Below are positions 27,802 through 37,705 of a stretch of DNA of 64,000 nucleotides, piece by piece. The notes below the pieces were generated by a model that saw only the letters and a program-made list of their open reading frames with translations, ran no database searches and had not been told where the DNA came from. Source of the stretch: Alphaproteobacteria bacterium (GTDB lineage Bacteria; Pseudomonadota; Alphaproteobacteria; UBA9655); contig JABDEE010000001.1 in the NCBI GenBank assembly GCA_013287205.1, positions 4,882-68,881 on the forward strand. The letters are read 5' to 3'. Each line of letters opens with the position of its first letter. Within the stretch, counting starts at the first letter, position 1. The translations under genes and the position numbers were made by a program.

Positions 27802-29067
27802 ATGAAAAGAAATTTCATCCTCTTTGCCAATTTCTTGCTGGTTTTAAGTTTTTTCCTGATTGCCCCTGCGGATGCTGCGTCTTCAGGAGTGGCAGCTCAA
27901 AAGCCTCCTCCTGCCCAGAGGTCTCTCCATTATGTTTTTATGGGTGTTCCTTGTTATGGCCATATCAAGCCCACGCTTGAAATTGTCGACGCATTGACGA
28001 AACGCGGCCATCGCGTTACTTACTTCAACGTCCCCAAATTCAAAAACAAAATTGAAGAAGCGGGCGCTACATTTGTTGATTACAACACGATCTCTTTCAG
28101 AAATCCTCAACCCGTGAATGCGAAGAGCATGGACCTATTGTGGACGTACCAGGGATTGAACACTGTTATGAGGGAGTTATGGCCGACTCTCTTGGAATTC
28201 CAGAAATATAATCATATTGACGTGATCGTCTACGATCAATTTGCGGTATGGGGAAAATTGCTTGCGCGTCAACACAACATACCTTCCGTGTGTTCCAGCT
28301 CTATGCTGCTCCGTACGCCAGAAGAGTGGGGCATGCTCGCCACAAAAATTCCGAGCCATTTTTCGTACCAGGAAATGTTTAACTGTTTTTCTTATCAGGA
28401 AATGCTGAATTGTTTTTCATGTTTAGAGGCTGATAAGGTCTTAGCGTACACTTCTGCAGACTTTCAACCAGAAATTAAAGAACGTAATAATATCGTCTTT
28501 TTTGGCAATCGATTGAATAAAAAAACGGCGTCCTCTCCTCAGATGTTCGATCAAAATGCTCTCGTTTATATCTCGTTTGGGACGGAATACAATTGTGATG
28601 TGGCCACGCTAGGTACGTTAATCGATTTTTTTAAAAATACGCCTCATCAGGTCATCATCTCCACAGGAGGAAACGAAGACGTCTACAATATTTTATTAAA
28701 GAAGAATGCACCCAAAAATATACATATACATAAGTGGGTCGATCAAAAAGATGTTTTATCCAAAGCGTCATTATTTATTACACACGCTGGCATGAATAGC
28801 GTGTATGAAGCCATCAACTGGTCTGTGCCCATGATCATGATTCCCCAAATGGAAGAACAACGTTTTAATGCTCATAAAGTGAGAAAGCTGGGGCTTGGAT
28901 ACGTTTTGGATTCAAAGGATCCTTCACAAGAAAACATAAAAGAAGCAATGGAAACTATCACTCAAAATTGGCAAAAATACAGGGACGCATCTTCTCACCT
29001 CAACAAAACTTTTCTAAATTCATTCAATGCTGAAGCCGCAAGCCATGCGATTGAGGTCGATGAGTAA
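27802..29067 (+). CDS. UDP-glycosyltransferase (GT1, UGT/MGT-like) with an N-terminal signal or anchor sequence
   Basis: [12 protein letters not shown] donor-fold N-domain. C-terminal UDPGT-signature-like [42 protein letters not shown]. Hydrophobic leader ending APADA. Confidence 0.8.
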   Translation: MKRNFILFANFLLVLSFFLIAPADAASSGVAAQKPPPAQRSLHYVFMGVPCYGHIKPTLEIVDALTKRGHRVTYFNVPKFKNKIEEAGATFVDYNTISFRNPQPVNAKSMDLLWTYQGLNTVMRELWPTLLEFQKYNHIDVIVYDQFAVWGKLLARQHNIPSVCSSSMLLRTPEEWGMLATKIPSHFSYQEMFNCFSYQEMLNCFSCLEADKVLAYTSADFQPEIKERNNIVFFGNRLNKKTASSPQMFDQNALVYISFGTEYNCDVATLGTLIDFFKNTPHQVIISTGGNEDVYNILLKKNAPKNIHIHKWVDQKDVLSKASLFITHAGMNSVYEAINWSVPMIMIPQMEEQRFNAHKVRKLGLGYVLDSKDPSQENIKEAMETITQNWQKYRDASSHLNKTFLNSFNAEAASHAIEVDE

Positions 29068-29121
29068 CGCGTGTCCCCGCAAGACATTGAAATGAACTCA
29101 AAGGTGTTGTAGGCAGAGGGT

Positions 29122-29778
29122 ATGAAAAATAATTTTGCCCTTCTAGCCAGGTCCTTGCTGGTTTTATGTGTACTCCTGATTTCCCCTGCAGATGCTATGG
29201 AGCATGAGGGAGAGGGGAAGGCCGTGTTTGCGCGTTTTGTGCAAGAGCGAGAGGCAAAGACAGCTGCACTTCGAGGAGCAAAAAACTTCCGAGTCTGGGC
29301 AACACATGAAGTAGAAAGAGCCCATAAATCAGCTGCGTTCGGAGCTTACGCAAATTTACCATGGCGACTTGTGGCCAGCAGATTGCAAATGTACGAAGAC
29401 GCAATAAACATACTAACAGACGCAGAAAACAAAGAAGACGAAGCAGAAGACAAACTGCTGATCGCAGAAGCTGCATATACAGAAAAAGTACCCCATCACA
29501 TAAGACTAGAGCGAGCCGAAGAAGCATTGAAAAAAGCAGAAGAATTTCGAGCAGAAAGTGCAGAGCGCGCAGAAAGAGCGGTGACCCTATACGAACGGGC
29601 AGTAACGAGAAACTTTACAGAAAAAGCACTGAAAGCAGCAGAAGCAGCCTTAGCAGAAGAAGACGAAGCAGAAGCAGCCTTAGAACGAGCCATAGATGAA
29701 TTACAAGCCATAGAAGAAGAACTTCTTGAAGAAGAAGCTCCTCCGCAGACCCAAGGGCTGGGACTTACCATTCCCTAG
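29122..29778 (+). CDS. hypothetical secreted Ala/Glu-rich coiled-coil protein
   Basis: Its leader is nearly identical to that of the GT gene. The remainder is low-complexity, AEEALKKAEEFRAESAERAERA-type. Confidence 0.6.
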   Translation: MKNNFALLARSLLVLCVLLISPADAMEHEGEGKAVFARFVQEREAKTAALRGAKNFRVWATHEVERAHKSAAFGAYANLPWRLVASRLQMYEDAINILTDAENKEDEAEDKLLIAEAAYTEKVPHHIRLERAEEALKKAEEFRAESAERAERAVTLYERAVTRNFTEKALKAAEAALAEEDEAEAALERAIDELQAIEEELLEEEAPPQTQGLGLTIP

Positions 29779-29790
29779 TTTCCCCCATTT

Positions 29791-29818
29791 TGTCATCCTC
29801 GCGCAGGCGGGGATGACA
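29791..29818. repeat. palindromic-element family, 28-bp hairpin (copy G)
   Basis: TGTCATCCTCGCGCAGGCGGGGATGACA lies 13 bp after the stop of 29122-29778. Confidence 0.8.
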
Positions 29819-29931
29819 GGGGGAAATGAGTATGACACGGAGGGCGCTCGAATTTACACACACTTTCCCCTTGCCCCTCTCTTGGAAAATATCCTATGGT
29901 TTCCTCATCTATAGATAGAAAAGGAAACACC

Positions 29932-31329
29932 ATGGCAGACTATGATCTCATTGTTGTTGGCGGAGGCCCTGGAGGGTATGTTGCGGCGATTCGTGCAAGT
30001 CAACTGGGGCTGAAGACAGCCGTGATTGAGAAGGCGCATTTGGGAGGGATTTGTCTGAATTGGGGATGTATCCCGACAAAATCTTTATTGCGCACAGCGG
30101 AAATTAACCACCTCCTCCATTCTCTTGAGGCTTACGGCTTTAAGGCGGACAATATTTCTTTTGATTTTAAGAAAATTATTGAGCGTTCCCGCGGTGTCGC
30201 GGACCGGCTTGCGAAGGGTGTGGCCCATCTCATGCGTACCAATAAGGTGACGGTGATTGAAGGGGAAGCCCAACTCAAAGGTCGTCAGGGAAAAGATATT
30301 CAAATTACGGTTAACGGGCAACAAGAGGTGACCGCCTCCCATGTGATCCTCGCCACCGGGGCCCGGGCGCGCCCTCTCCCGAACCTTGAAGCGGATGGGA
30401 AATTGGTGTGGACCTATAAGGAAGCCATGACACCCGAAGCATTGCCTAAATCTATTCTCGTCCTTGGATCAGGTGCCATTGGCATTGAGTTTGCGAGCTT
30501 CTATTCCATGATGGGGTCATCGGTCACAGTTATCGAAATGCAGGATCAAATCTTACCCGTTGAGGATAAAGAAATTTCAGCCCTCGCGCGTAAATCCTTT
30601 GAGAAGCAGGGCATCACAATTCATACGCGTTCAACGGTCACAGCTTTAAAGCGCAACGCGGATTCGGTGACGGTGAGTCTTGATGTGGAAGGGACATCCC
30701 AGGAAGTGACGGTGGATCGTGTGATCTTAGCCGTTGGCATTGTGGGCAATACGGAAAACTTAGGATTGGAAAATACAAAGATCGTTGTTGAAAAAGGCCA
30801 CATCAAAACGAACGAGATGTGTCAAACAAATGAGCCCGGGATTTATGCCATTGGCGACGTGGCGGGGGCCCCCTGGCTCGCCCATAAGGCAAGCCATGAG
30901 GGGGTCTTGTGTGTTGAACATATGAAGGGGCTGTCTTCAGCCCATCCTCTCAAAAAGACAGATATTCCCGGGTGCACCTATAGCACCCCCCAAATTGCAA
31001 GTGTCGGCCTCACAGAGGACGCGGCAAGGGCTGCGGGCAAGTATGACGTGAAGGTGGGCAAATTCCCCTTCCTCGCGAATGGCAAAGCCTTGGCCATGGG
31101 GGAACCGGAGGGACTTGTCAAAACCATCTTTGATGGGAAAACGGGGGAGCTTTTAGGGGCTCATATGATTGGGGCAGAAGTGACGGAGCTCATCCAAGGA
31201 TTTTGCCTTGCCAAGACCCTTGAAGCCACCGAGCAAGACATTATCAAAACGATTTTCCCTCATCCCACGCTTTCTGAGATGATGCACGAATCCGTACTGA
31301 ATGCCTTTGGCCACTCGATACATTTTTAA
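29932..31329 (+). CDS. lpdA: dihydrolipoyl dehydrogenase
   Basis: DLIVVGGGPGGYVAA, redox CLNWGCIPTK, and C-terminal HPTLSE. Start at 29932 after an AAAGGAAA RBS. Confidence 0.95.
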   Translation: MADYDLIVVGGGPGGYVAAIRASQLGLKTAVIEKAHLGGICLNWGCIPTKSLLRTAEINHLLHSLEAYGFKADNISFDFKKIIERSRGVADRLAKGVAHLMRTNKVTVIEGEAQLKGRQGKDIQITVNGQQEVTASHVILATGARARPLPNLEADGKLVWTYKEAMTPEALPKSILVLGSGAIGIEFASFYSMMGSSVTVIEMQDQILPVEDKEISALARKSFEKQGITIHTRSTVTALKRNADSVTVSLDVEGTSQEVTVDRVILAVGIVGNTENLGLENTKIVVEKGHIKTNEMCQTNEPGIYAIGDVAGAPWLAHKASHEGVLCVEHMKGLSSAHPLKKTDIPGCTYSTPQIASVGLTEDAARAAGKYDVKVGKFPFLANGKALAMGEPEGLVKTIFDGKTGELLGAHMIGAEVTELIQGFCLAKTLEATEQDIIKTIFPHPTLSEMMHESVLNAFGHSIHF

Positions 31330-31339
31330 GGATAGAACA

Positions 31340-31963
31340 ATGATGCTCAAGAAATCTGCTCTCTTTTTACCCTTTCTGCTTTCGGGATGCGTGGCTCCTC
31401 TTGTTGTGGGGGGCGCAGGAGCGCTGTTGACGACCCATGCGGCACAGGAGCGGGGACTCAGCGGCTCTGTGAGCGATCAAGTCCTTCGCTATCAACTCAA
31501 TCAAGCTTTGGATGGTGGTTTGGCAGATGCGAGCGGTCTTGAGCTGACTGTCTTTAAAGGCCGCGTCCTTCTTGCCGGTATTGTTGCGAATGAACAGGTC
31601 AAACAACAAGCTGTTTGTATTGCCGGTAAGGTAGAGGGTGTGCGAGATATCATCAATGGGATGGATACGCATGGGGAATACAACCTCGCTGATTATTCAC
31701 GAGATGGATGGATTACGACAAAGCTGAAGACGATTCTCTTTGCGGATGAAGATGTGAGAGCGCCAGACTATATCATTCGCACTTTTGGGGGGACGGTTTA
31801 TATTTTTGGAACGGCCCAAAATCAGCAGGAGATCCAAAAAGTCATTGGCCATGCGTCGGAGATTAGCGGTGTGAAACGGGTTCTTCCGTTGATTGAACTC
31901 TGTGGGGCACCGCCGGTGAGTGGGGGGCCGGGAATGCCTCCAAAAATGTCATCCCCGAGTTAG
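31340..31963 (+). CDS. BON-domain lipoprotein (OsmY-like)
   Basis: LLSGC lipobox and two BON-like segments. The last 6 codons and the stop lie in a palindromic-element fragment (31946-31965). Confidence 0.7.
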   Translation: MMLKKSALFLPFLLSGCVAPLVVGGAGALLTTHAAQERGLSGSVSDQVLRYQLNQALDGGLADASGLELTVFKGRVLLAGIVANEQVKQQAVCIAGKVEGVRDIINGMDTHGEYNLADYSRDGWITTKLKTILFADEDVRAPDYIIRTFGGTVYIFGTAQNQQEIQKVIGHASEISGVKRVLPLIELCGAPPVSGGPGMPPKMSSPS

Positions 31964-31974
31964 AATATAAAAAA

Positions 31975-32165
31975 TGTCATCCCCGCGACCCGGCTACGCC
32001 AAAGGCTTCGCCGTGGCGAGAGGCGGGGACCCAGCCTTAAAACCTTTTTTATTTTGCGTAACACAAAAATATGTGTATTGAGTTGTAGAAGAAAAACTAT
32101 CAAGTCTGGGTCCCCGCCTCTCGCCACGGCGAAGCCTTTGGCGTAGCCGGGTCGCGGGGATGACA
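31975..32165. repeat. palindromic-element family, full-length copy H (191 bp), preceded by a terminus fragment at 31946-31965
   Basis: TGTCATCCCCGCGACCCGGCTACGCCAAAGGCTTCGCC...GGGGACCCAG...CTGGGTCCCC...CGCGGGGATGACA. Confidence 0.9.
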
Positions 32166-32196
32166 AACTAGAGCAGTTGAAAAACAGGGAGGATCT

Positions 32197-33708
32197 ATGT
32201 TTTCACGTCTCAATACGGTTTCCTTTCAGGGCGTTGATGTCATTACCATCGATGTCCAGGCGCAGCTTTCCTCAGGGCAGAATCGCTTTATGATCGTAGG
32301 CCTTCCTGACAAGGCGGTTGCTGAATCTCGGGAACGGGTGCAGGCGGCCTTTCATGCCCTTGGTCTTGCCTTTCCTTATCAAAGGATCACGATCAACTTA
32401 GCCCCTGCGGATGTGCAAAAAGAGGGAAGTCATTATGATTTGCCCATTGCCCTCGGCCTGCTCGCAGCTTTGGGCCTTGTTCCCCCTGAAGAGCTTTCCA
32501 GCTATATTGCGCTGGGGGAGCTTGCCCTTGATGGGCGGGTGGCGAGTGTTTCAGGTGTCTTACCCGCAGCGCTTCATGCGGCCTCCCTTGATCTGGGGAT
32601 CATCTGCCCAAAAGCTTGCGGGAGCGAAGCAGCATGGGCGGGGGATATTCGGATCCTCGCCCCCGATACGCTCCTTGCGCTGATCAATCACTTCAAAGGG
32701 GTGCAGGTTCTGTCGCCGCCTCTCCCCCTCATAGAGGACTCTGAGACCCACCGCATTCCAGACTTACGGGATGTTAAAGGCCAGGAAACAGCCAAACGCG
32801 CTCTCGAGGTGGCAGCCTCAGGAGGGCACAATCTCTTGATGCTGGGACCTCCAGGAGCGGGGAAATCCATGTTGGCGGCGCGTCTTCCCGGCATCCTCCC
32901 TCCCTTAACGCCCGCGGAATCCCTTGAGGTGACCATGATTCACAGCTTGGCGGGTAAGCTCACTGACGGAAAGCTGATCCGCACCCGCCCTTTTCGGGAT
33001 CCTCATCATTCGGCCTCCATGCCGGCTCTCGTGGGCGGAGGATTGCGGGCTCACCCCGGAGAAATTTCCATTGCCCATCATGGCGTTCTCTTCCTCGATG
33101 AACTTCCAGAGTTTTCACGCCCCGCCCTTGAAGCTTTGCGACAACCGCTTGAGTCGGGTAAAACAACTGTGGCGCGCGCCAATGCCCATGTGACCTATCC
33201 CTCGCAGGTTCAGCTCATCGCCGCCATGAACCCTTGCCGCTGTGGGTATGTAGCAGATCCCAGTCGCGCCTGCTCCCGCGCGCCCCGCTGCGCCCAAGAT
33301 TACCAGTCGAAAATCTCAGGGCCCCTCTTTGATCGCATTGATATGCATGTGGAGGTTCAGGAAGTCCCCGCCGAAGCGTTGACACTCCCTGCAAGCGGAG
33401 ACGCAAGTGCGGTTGTTTCGGAGCGCGTTCAGAAGGTGCGTCTATTGCAAGAGGTGCGTTACCAACACTTAGGCGTGACGATTCGCCTGAATGCCCACGC
33501 GGATGGTGAACTCCTCGATCAAATCGCCGCCCCGGATGAGGCAGGGCTTGCGCTTTTGAAGAAGGCGGCGGCTTCTTTCAAACTCTCTGCCCGCGGGTAC
33601 CGGCGCGTCTTGCGCGTTGCCCGAACTCTGGCAGACATGGCAGGATCAGAGGCTGTTCTCAGTTCTCATATTGCTGAGGCTTTGGGGTATCGGCGGTTAC
33701 AGGCGTAA
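32197..33708 (+). CDS. yifB: YifB/ComM-family Mg-chelatase-like AAA+ ATPase
   Basis: Lon-protease-like N-domain, Walker A GPPGAGKS, FLDELPEF, and a C-terminal ChlI-like helical domain. Confidence 0.9.
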   Translation: MFSRLNTVSFQGVDVITIDVQAQLSSGQNRFMIVGLPDKAVAESRERVQAAFHALGLAFPYQRITINLAPADVQKEGSHYDLPIALGLLAALGLVPPEELSSYIALGELALDGRVASVSGVLPAALHAASLDLGIICPKACGSEAAWAGDIRILAPDTLLALINHFKGVQVLSPPLPLIEDSETHRIPDLRDVKGQETAKRALEVAASGGHNLLMLGPPGAGKSMLAARLPGILPPLTPAESLEVTMIHSLAGKLTDGKLIRTRPFRDPHHSASMPALVGGGLRAHPGEISIAHHGVLFLDELPEFSRPALEALRQPLESGKTTVARANAHVTYPSQVQLIAAMNPCRCGYVADPSRACSRAPRCAQDYQSKISGPLFDRIDMHVEVQEVPAEALTLPASGDASAVVSERVQKVRLLQEVRYQHLGVTIRLNAHADGELLDQIAAPDEAGLALLKKAAASFKLSARGYRRVLRVARTLADMAGSEAVLSSHIAEALGYRRLQA

Positions 33709-33737
33709 CAGGAGTCAGGAGTCAGGAGTCAGGAAAC
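33709..33737. repeat. tandem heptamer (GGAGTCA)x3 cluster
   Basis: CAGGAGTCAGGAGTCAGGAGTCAGGAAACA lies directly after the yifB stop and contains the stop codon of the convergent SBP gene. Confidence 0.85.
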
Positions 33738-34687
33738 ACCTTATCCGCTGTTTTCCTCACGGCGTCTGGAATCGACACGCCCACTTTCTGGGCCGTTCCT
33801 TCATTTACGTGCAGATGAAGGGTTGTGGGGTGTTGGATGGGAACGTCCTTGATCGTCTTTCCCTTCAAAAGTTTGCCAACCATATCGCCAAGGGCCAAGC
33901 CCGATTGATGCCAATCCACCCCATAGGCGGCCAGTGCGCCTCTGCGAACAATATCAACGTCACTACCAAAGACGGGCACCTTGTACTGGTTGGCCACTTT
34001 GAGAATCGCCTCAAGCCCTGAGATCACCGTATTATCCGTCGGCAACAAAAAGGCATCTACCTTCCCCACGCTCGCCTTTGCGACCATGAGCACATCACTT
34101 GTTTTTGTGACAGGGGCTTCATGCACTGTGATCCCTTCTAGGGCACAGAGGGCCTTTATTTCCTCAACTTGCTTACGAGAATTCGCTTCCCCTGTATTAA
34201 AAATAAGACCAAGGGACTTGAGGTGGGGCAGAAACATTTTGATGAGGGCAATCTGTTTCTGAGGGGGCACAAAGTCTGTTAGGCCCGTCACATTCGGGCA
34301 GGTTGTTAGTTTTGCGGCACTCGGATCCGTGACGGCGCCGAAGACAAGGGGGGTGGTCGAGGTTGATGCCGCCACCGCTTGGGTCATGGGCGTTGACAAG
34401 GTCACAATCACAGCCGGCTCAAGGCTCACAAGCTTATGGCCAATTTGAACCGCCGTTGAGGGGTTCCCTTGTGCGTTTTCGTAGACCCAGTTCAGGGTTT
34501 TCCCTTCTGTGTACCCTTGCTTCTCGAGGCCTTCTTTGAGACCAAGGCGCAGCGTATCCAGAGCAGGGTGCTCCACGATCTGGCCGACAGCTACAAGAGG
34601 CATGGCCTCGTGAGCATTCACGGATGTACACCAGCTTAAGAAGAGGAGGCCTCGGAAAAAGTGTCTCATGTTAATTCTCCCTCGCAA
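33722..34687 (-). CDS. ABC-transporter substrate-binding protein (COG2984-like), paralog 1
   Basis: Signal peptide. IVEHPALD...ENAQGNPSTA...PVFGSD motifs shared with the neighbouring gene. Start may be 34669. Confidence 0.8.
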   Translation of the reverse strand: MRGRINMRHFFRGLLFLSWCTSVNAHEAMPLVAVGQIVEHPALDTLRLGLKEGLEKQGYTEGKTLNWVYENAQGNPSTAVQIGHKLVSLEPAVIVTLSTPMTQAVAASTSTTPLVFGAVTDPSAAKLTTCPNVTGLTDFVPPQKQIALIKMFLPHLKSLGLIFNTGEANSRKQVEEIKALCALEGITVHEAPVTKTSDVLMVAKASVGKVDAFLLPTDNTVISGLEAILKVANQYKVPVFGSDVDIVRRGALAAYGVDWHQSGLALGDMVGKLLKGKTIKDVPIQHPTTLHLHVNEGTAQKVGVSIPDAVRKTADKVFPDS

Positions 34688-35597
34688 TATGAAAGTTGAG
34701 TGTTTTGGCTGTTTTATCGTTCACGTAAATCTTATGCCCTGTGGGGGTTTCAACGGGCATGCTTTTTGGGGTTTCCCCCCTCAACACCTTGGCAACGATT
34801 TTCCCCACCTGATGCCCCATCTCCCGTTGATCATAGGCATAAGCTGCCAGTGCCCCTCTGTCAACGGAATCGGGGTCGCTTACAAAGAGGGGCGTCTTCG
34901 CCTCAAGGCACGTCTTCACAAGGGGTTCAAGCCCAGACACAACCGTATTATCATTGCTAATAAAGATGGCATCGACCTGCCCCATCAAGTAGCGGGCAGC
35001 GGTTTGTACATCCGCAGATTTAGGGGCAGGCGCTTCTATGATCTTAATCTTCCGGGCGCGTGCGAGGATGTGCAATTCTTTGAGGAAAGATTCACTATTG
35101 GCTTCCCCAGGATTATAGACCGTCCCAAGCGTCTTGAGGTGGGGTAGATGTTTTTGAATAAAATCAAGCTGCTTTGCGATAGGCGGGGTATCGGCAACGC
35201 CCGTAATATTCTCTCCTACAAGCTTTGCCCCCGCGGGGTCACTAATCGCTGCAAACACAATAGGTGTTTTCTTGATATGCTGGACCACGCTTTGAGCGGA
35301 GGGGGTCGTAATGGGGACGACCACATCTAAGGGCAGGCCTGCAAATTTCTGGGCAATTTGAGTGGCGATGCTGGGATTCCCTTGGGCATTTTCAAAAATG
35401 ATCTCAAGGTTTTTTCCTTCCTCAAACCCCTCGGCTGTTAATTGAGCCAGGATCCCTTCGCGAATGGCATTCAAAGAAGGGTGATCAACAATTTGGGTGA
35501 TCCCAATCGTGTGCGCTTGAAGCGAAAAGGGTGAAAAAAGAGCTAGGAAAAGCCCAAGTGCTTTAAGAGAAAGTCGAACTGTGTGTTTCTGTGTCAT
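34671..35597 (-). CDS. ABC-transporter substrate-binding protein (COG2984-like), paralog 2
   Basis: IVDHPSLN...ENAQGNPSIA...PLFVSD. No permease or ATPase gene is adjacent. Confidence 0.8.
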   Translation of the reverse strand: MTQKHTVRLSLKALGLFLALFSPFSLQAHTIGITQIVDHPSLNAIREGILAQLTAEGFEEGKNLEIIFENAQGNPSIATQIAQKFAGLPLDVVVPITTPSAQSVVQHIKKTPIVFAAISDPAGAKLVGENITGVADTPPIAKQLDFIQKHLPHLKTLGTVYNPGEANSESFLKELHILARARKIKIIEAPAPKSADVQTAARYLMGQVDAIFISNDNTVVSGLEPLVKTCLEAKTPLFVSDPDSVDRGALAAYAYDQREMGHQVGKIVAKVLRGETPKSMPVETPTGHKIYVNDKTAKTLNFHIAREN

Positions 35598-35838
35598 GGT
35601 GTCCTCGCGTTCGCAAAAATGAAGGGGAAAGAGAAAAAGGGTTCAGTTTCCGCCAACGCCAATAGGAGGATACAGGATATACATCAGCATAAATGATACG
35701 ATTGATCATGGCGTCCTCCTTTGTTTGTCCCAATGACTGGCTTGAGTGTGCCTGAGGGGGAGGAAATATGTCAAGAAAAATGATAGGCCATTTGGGGCTC
35801 GTATGAGAGCGATGCCAAAAGAAAGGAAAAGATAACAC

Positions 35839-35876
35839 AAAAAAAGAGGATGCAGGGGGTTTAGCCTTGCATCCTC
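35839..35876 (-). terminator. Rho-independent terminator of 35899-36465
   Basis: On the minus strand, GAGGATGCA-13 nt loop-TGCATCCTC is followed by T7. Confidence 0.75.
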
Positions 35877-35898
35877 ATGACGGCTTTAAATTTAAACT

Positions 35899-36465
35899 TT
35901 AAATTGCGCCGAGATTAATAAGTTCGATGCCACCTTCAATCTCTGGAACGCGCTTACGCAATGAAGTCCATGTAGATTTAATCCATGAAGCGCTTGCTTG
36001 AGCAAGATATACAGTTGGTTTAAGGGCTACACCTAGCGCGAATTTGCTGGCGGTTGTTGTCAAACGCCCAAAAGTGTAGGCACTTTCCCGCAGTAAATTG
36101 TCTCCGCTCTGAGAATAAGCCTTCATGTACGTCTTTTCAGTGTCAGCATCATTAGCTATTTTGGCTATTTTGGCTGCAATGCGATTACCCCCAGCACATC
36201 CGCCATAAAGAACCGACTTACCAAAGTGAACAAAAGCTTTTTTAAGATCCCCTGCGCTGTCTTGAAGGTTCGTTAAAGCAGAGTCTTCCCACACAACTGT
36301 TTTTGCACCATACGCCTTCTCTTTTGCCCATTCAAAGCAAGTTTTGGAGGCTTTAGCAGGAACACTTTTAGGTGCATTTGCTTCATTATCCTGAGCTGCT
36401 AACACGCCACTGGGGAGCAGGGAGACAAGCGCAGAAACAAGAACAATTTTCTTAAAATTAATCAT
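35899..36465 (-). CDS. hypothetical secreted protein (188 aa)
   Basis: Signal peptide (LPSGVLAAQD). No family recognised. Has its own terminator. Confidence 0.55.
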   Translation of the reverse strand: MINFKKIVLVSALVSLLPSGVLAAQDNEANAPKSVPAKASKTCFEWAKEKAYGAKTVVWEDSALTNLQDSAGDLKKAFVHFGKSVLYGGCAGGNRIAAKIAKIANDADTEKTYMKAYSQSGDNLLRESAYTFGRLTTTASKFALGVALKPTVYLAQASASWIKSTWTSLRKRVPEIEGGIELINLGAI

Positions 36466-36693
36466 AAAAATACCTCAACTTTCAATCTATTCATACACAA
36501 TATATGTATCACTCAGATCATTACAGATATATATAATGAGAAAAATTTAAAAAGCAACAAAAAATTTGTTTATGTGCGAAATATGAGCGGCCTCGGAAAG
36601 GGAGGGCTCTCCATGGGCAAGAAAATGTTTCACCTGGCCCCTCTTTCCCTCTATGATGCCGGCATTGAGATTAACCGTTATGGAAATATATAT

Positions 36694-37554
36694 ATGAGCT
36701 GGCTTACCACTTTCGTCCGTCCGAAAATCAATGCGTTGATGCATAAGCGGGAGATCCCCGATAATCTTTGGGATCAATGTACCCACTGTGAGCAAATGAT
36801 TTTCCACAGGGATCTGGTGGCCCATCAGCATGTGTGCCACCATTGCGGCCATCATATGCGTATTCCTTTGACGCTTCGCTTTGAGACGCTTTTTGACGAC
36901 GGGCGCTTTCTCCGAGTTCCCGTACCGCCTGTTCCTGTTGATCCGCTTCATTTCAAAGATTCAAAAAAATATACGGACCGGCTCAAGGCTGCCCGTGCGG
37001 CGACAGGAGAAGATGACGCGCTTGTTGTTGTGGAGGGGCATATGGGAGGCCATCCCGTTGTCATTGCTGCTTTCGACTTTGCCTTTATTGGAGGATCCAT
37101 GGGGGCTGCGGTTGGGGAGGGTCTTGTGCGGGGTGCCCAGCGGGCGTGCGAATTGAAAGCTGCTTACATCGTTCTTCCTGCGTCAGGGGGGGCCCGCATG
37201 CAGGAAGGTATTTTTTCCCTCATGCAAATGCCCCGTTCTGTGATCGCGATTGAGCAAGTCAAAGAAGCAGGGCTTCCCTACATTACGCTTCTCACCAATC
37301 CCACCATGGGCGGGGTGGCTGCTTCTTTTGCCATGCTCGGGGATATTGCCATTGCGGAGCCTGGGGCACTCATTGGTTTTACGGGGGCTCGTGTTCTTCA
37401 AGAAACGATCCGCCAAGCGCTGCCTGCTGGGTTTCAAGAAGCGGAGTTTCAGTTCTCCCATGGGATGGTGGATATGGTCACACCCCGTTCAGAGCTTCGT
37501 CAAAAACTCATCGATATTTTGGGGATGCTGTTACCAGGAAACAGGGAACAGTAA
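36694..37554 (+). CDS. accD: acetyl-CoA carboxylase carboxyltransferase subunit beta
   Basis: Zinc ribbon CxxC...CxxC (CTHCEQ...CHHCGH) and GGSMG. Start at MSWLTTF. Confidence 0.93.
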   Translation: MSWLTTFVRPKINALMHKREIPDNLWDQCTHCEQMIFHRDLVAHQHVCHHCGHHMRIPLTLRFETLFDDGRFLRVPVPPVPVDPLHFKDSKKYTDRLKAARAATGEDDALVVVEGHMGGHPVVIAAFDFAFIGGSMGAAVGEGLVRGAQRACELKAAYIVLPASGGARMQEGIFSLMQMPRSVIAIEQVKEAGLPYITLLTNPTMGGVAASFAMLGDIAIAEPGALIGFTGARVLQETIRQALPAGFQEAEFQFSHGMVDMVTPRSELRQKLIDILGMLLPGNREQ

Positions 37555-37567
37555 TCAGGAAATAAAC

Positions 37568-37618
37568 GTGTCATCCCCGATCGTCCTCTTGTCCTCGGAC
37601 TAGAAAAGACTTGTGACA
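37568..37618. repeat. palindromic-element family, degenerate copy I
   Basis: GTGTCATCCCCGATCG...GACTTGTGACAAA lies just after the accD stop. The right terminus is eroded. Confidence 0.55.
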
Positions 37619-37705
37619 AAATTATGCAGGGTTGCTACTTTTTGTCATATTTCGTGACAGCCTGCCCAATTGACCTCCTTCTTCTCTCTTTCTAGAATCC
37701 GCCTC

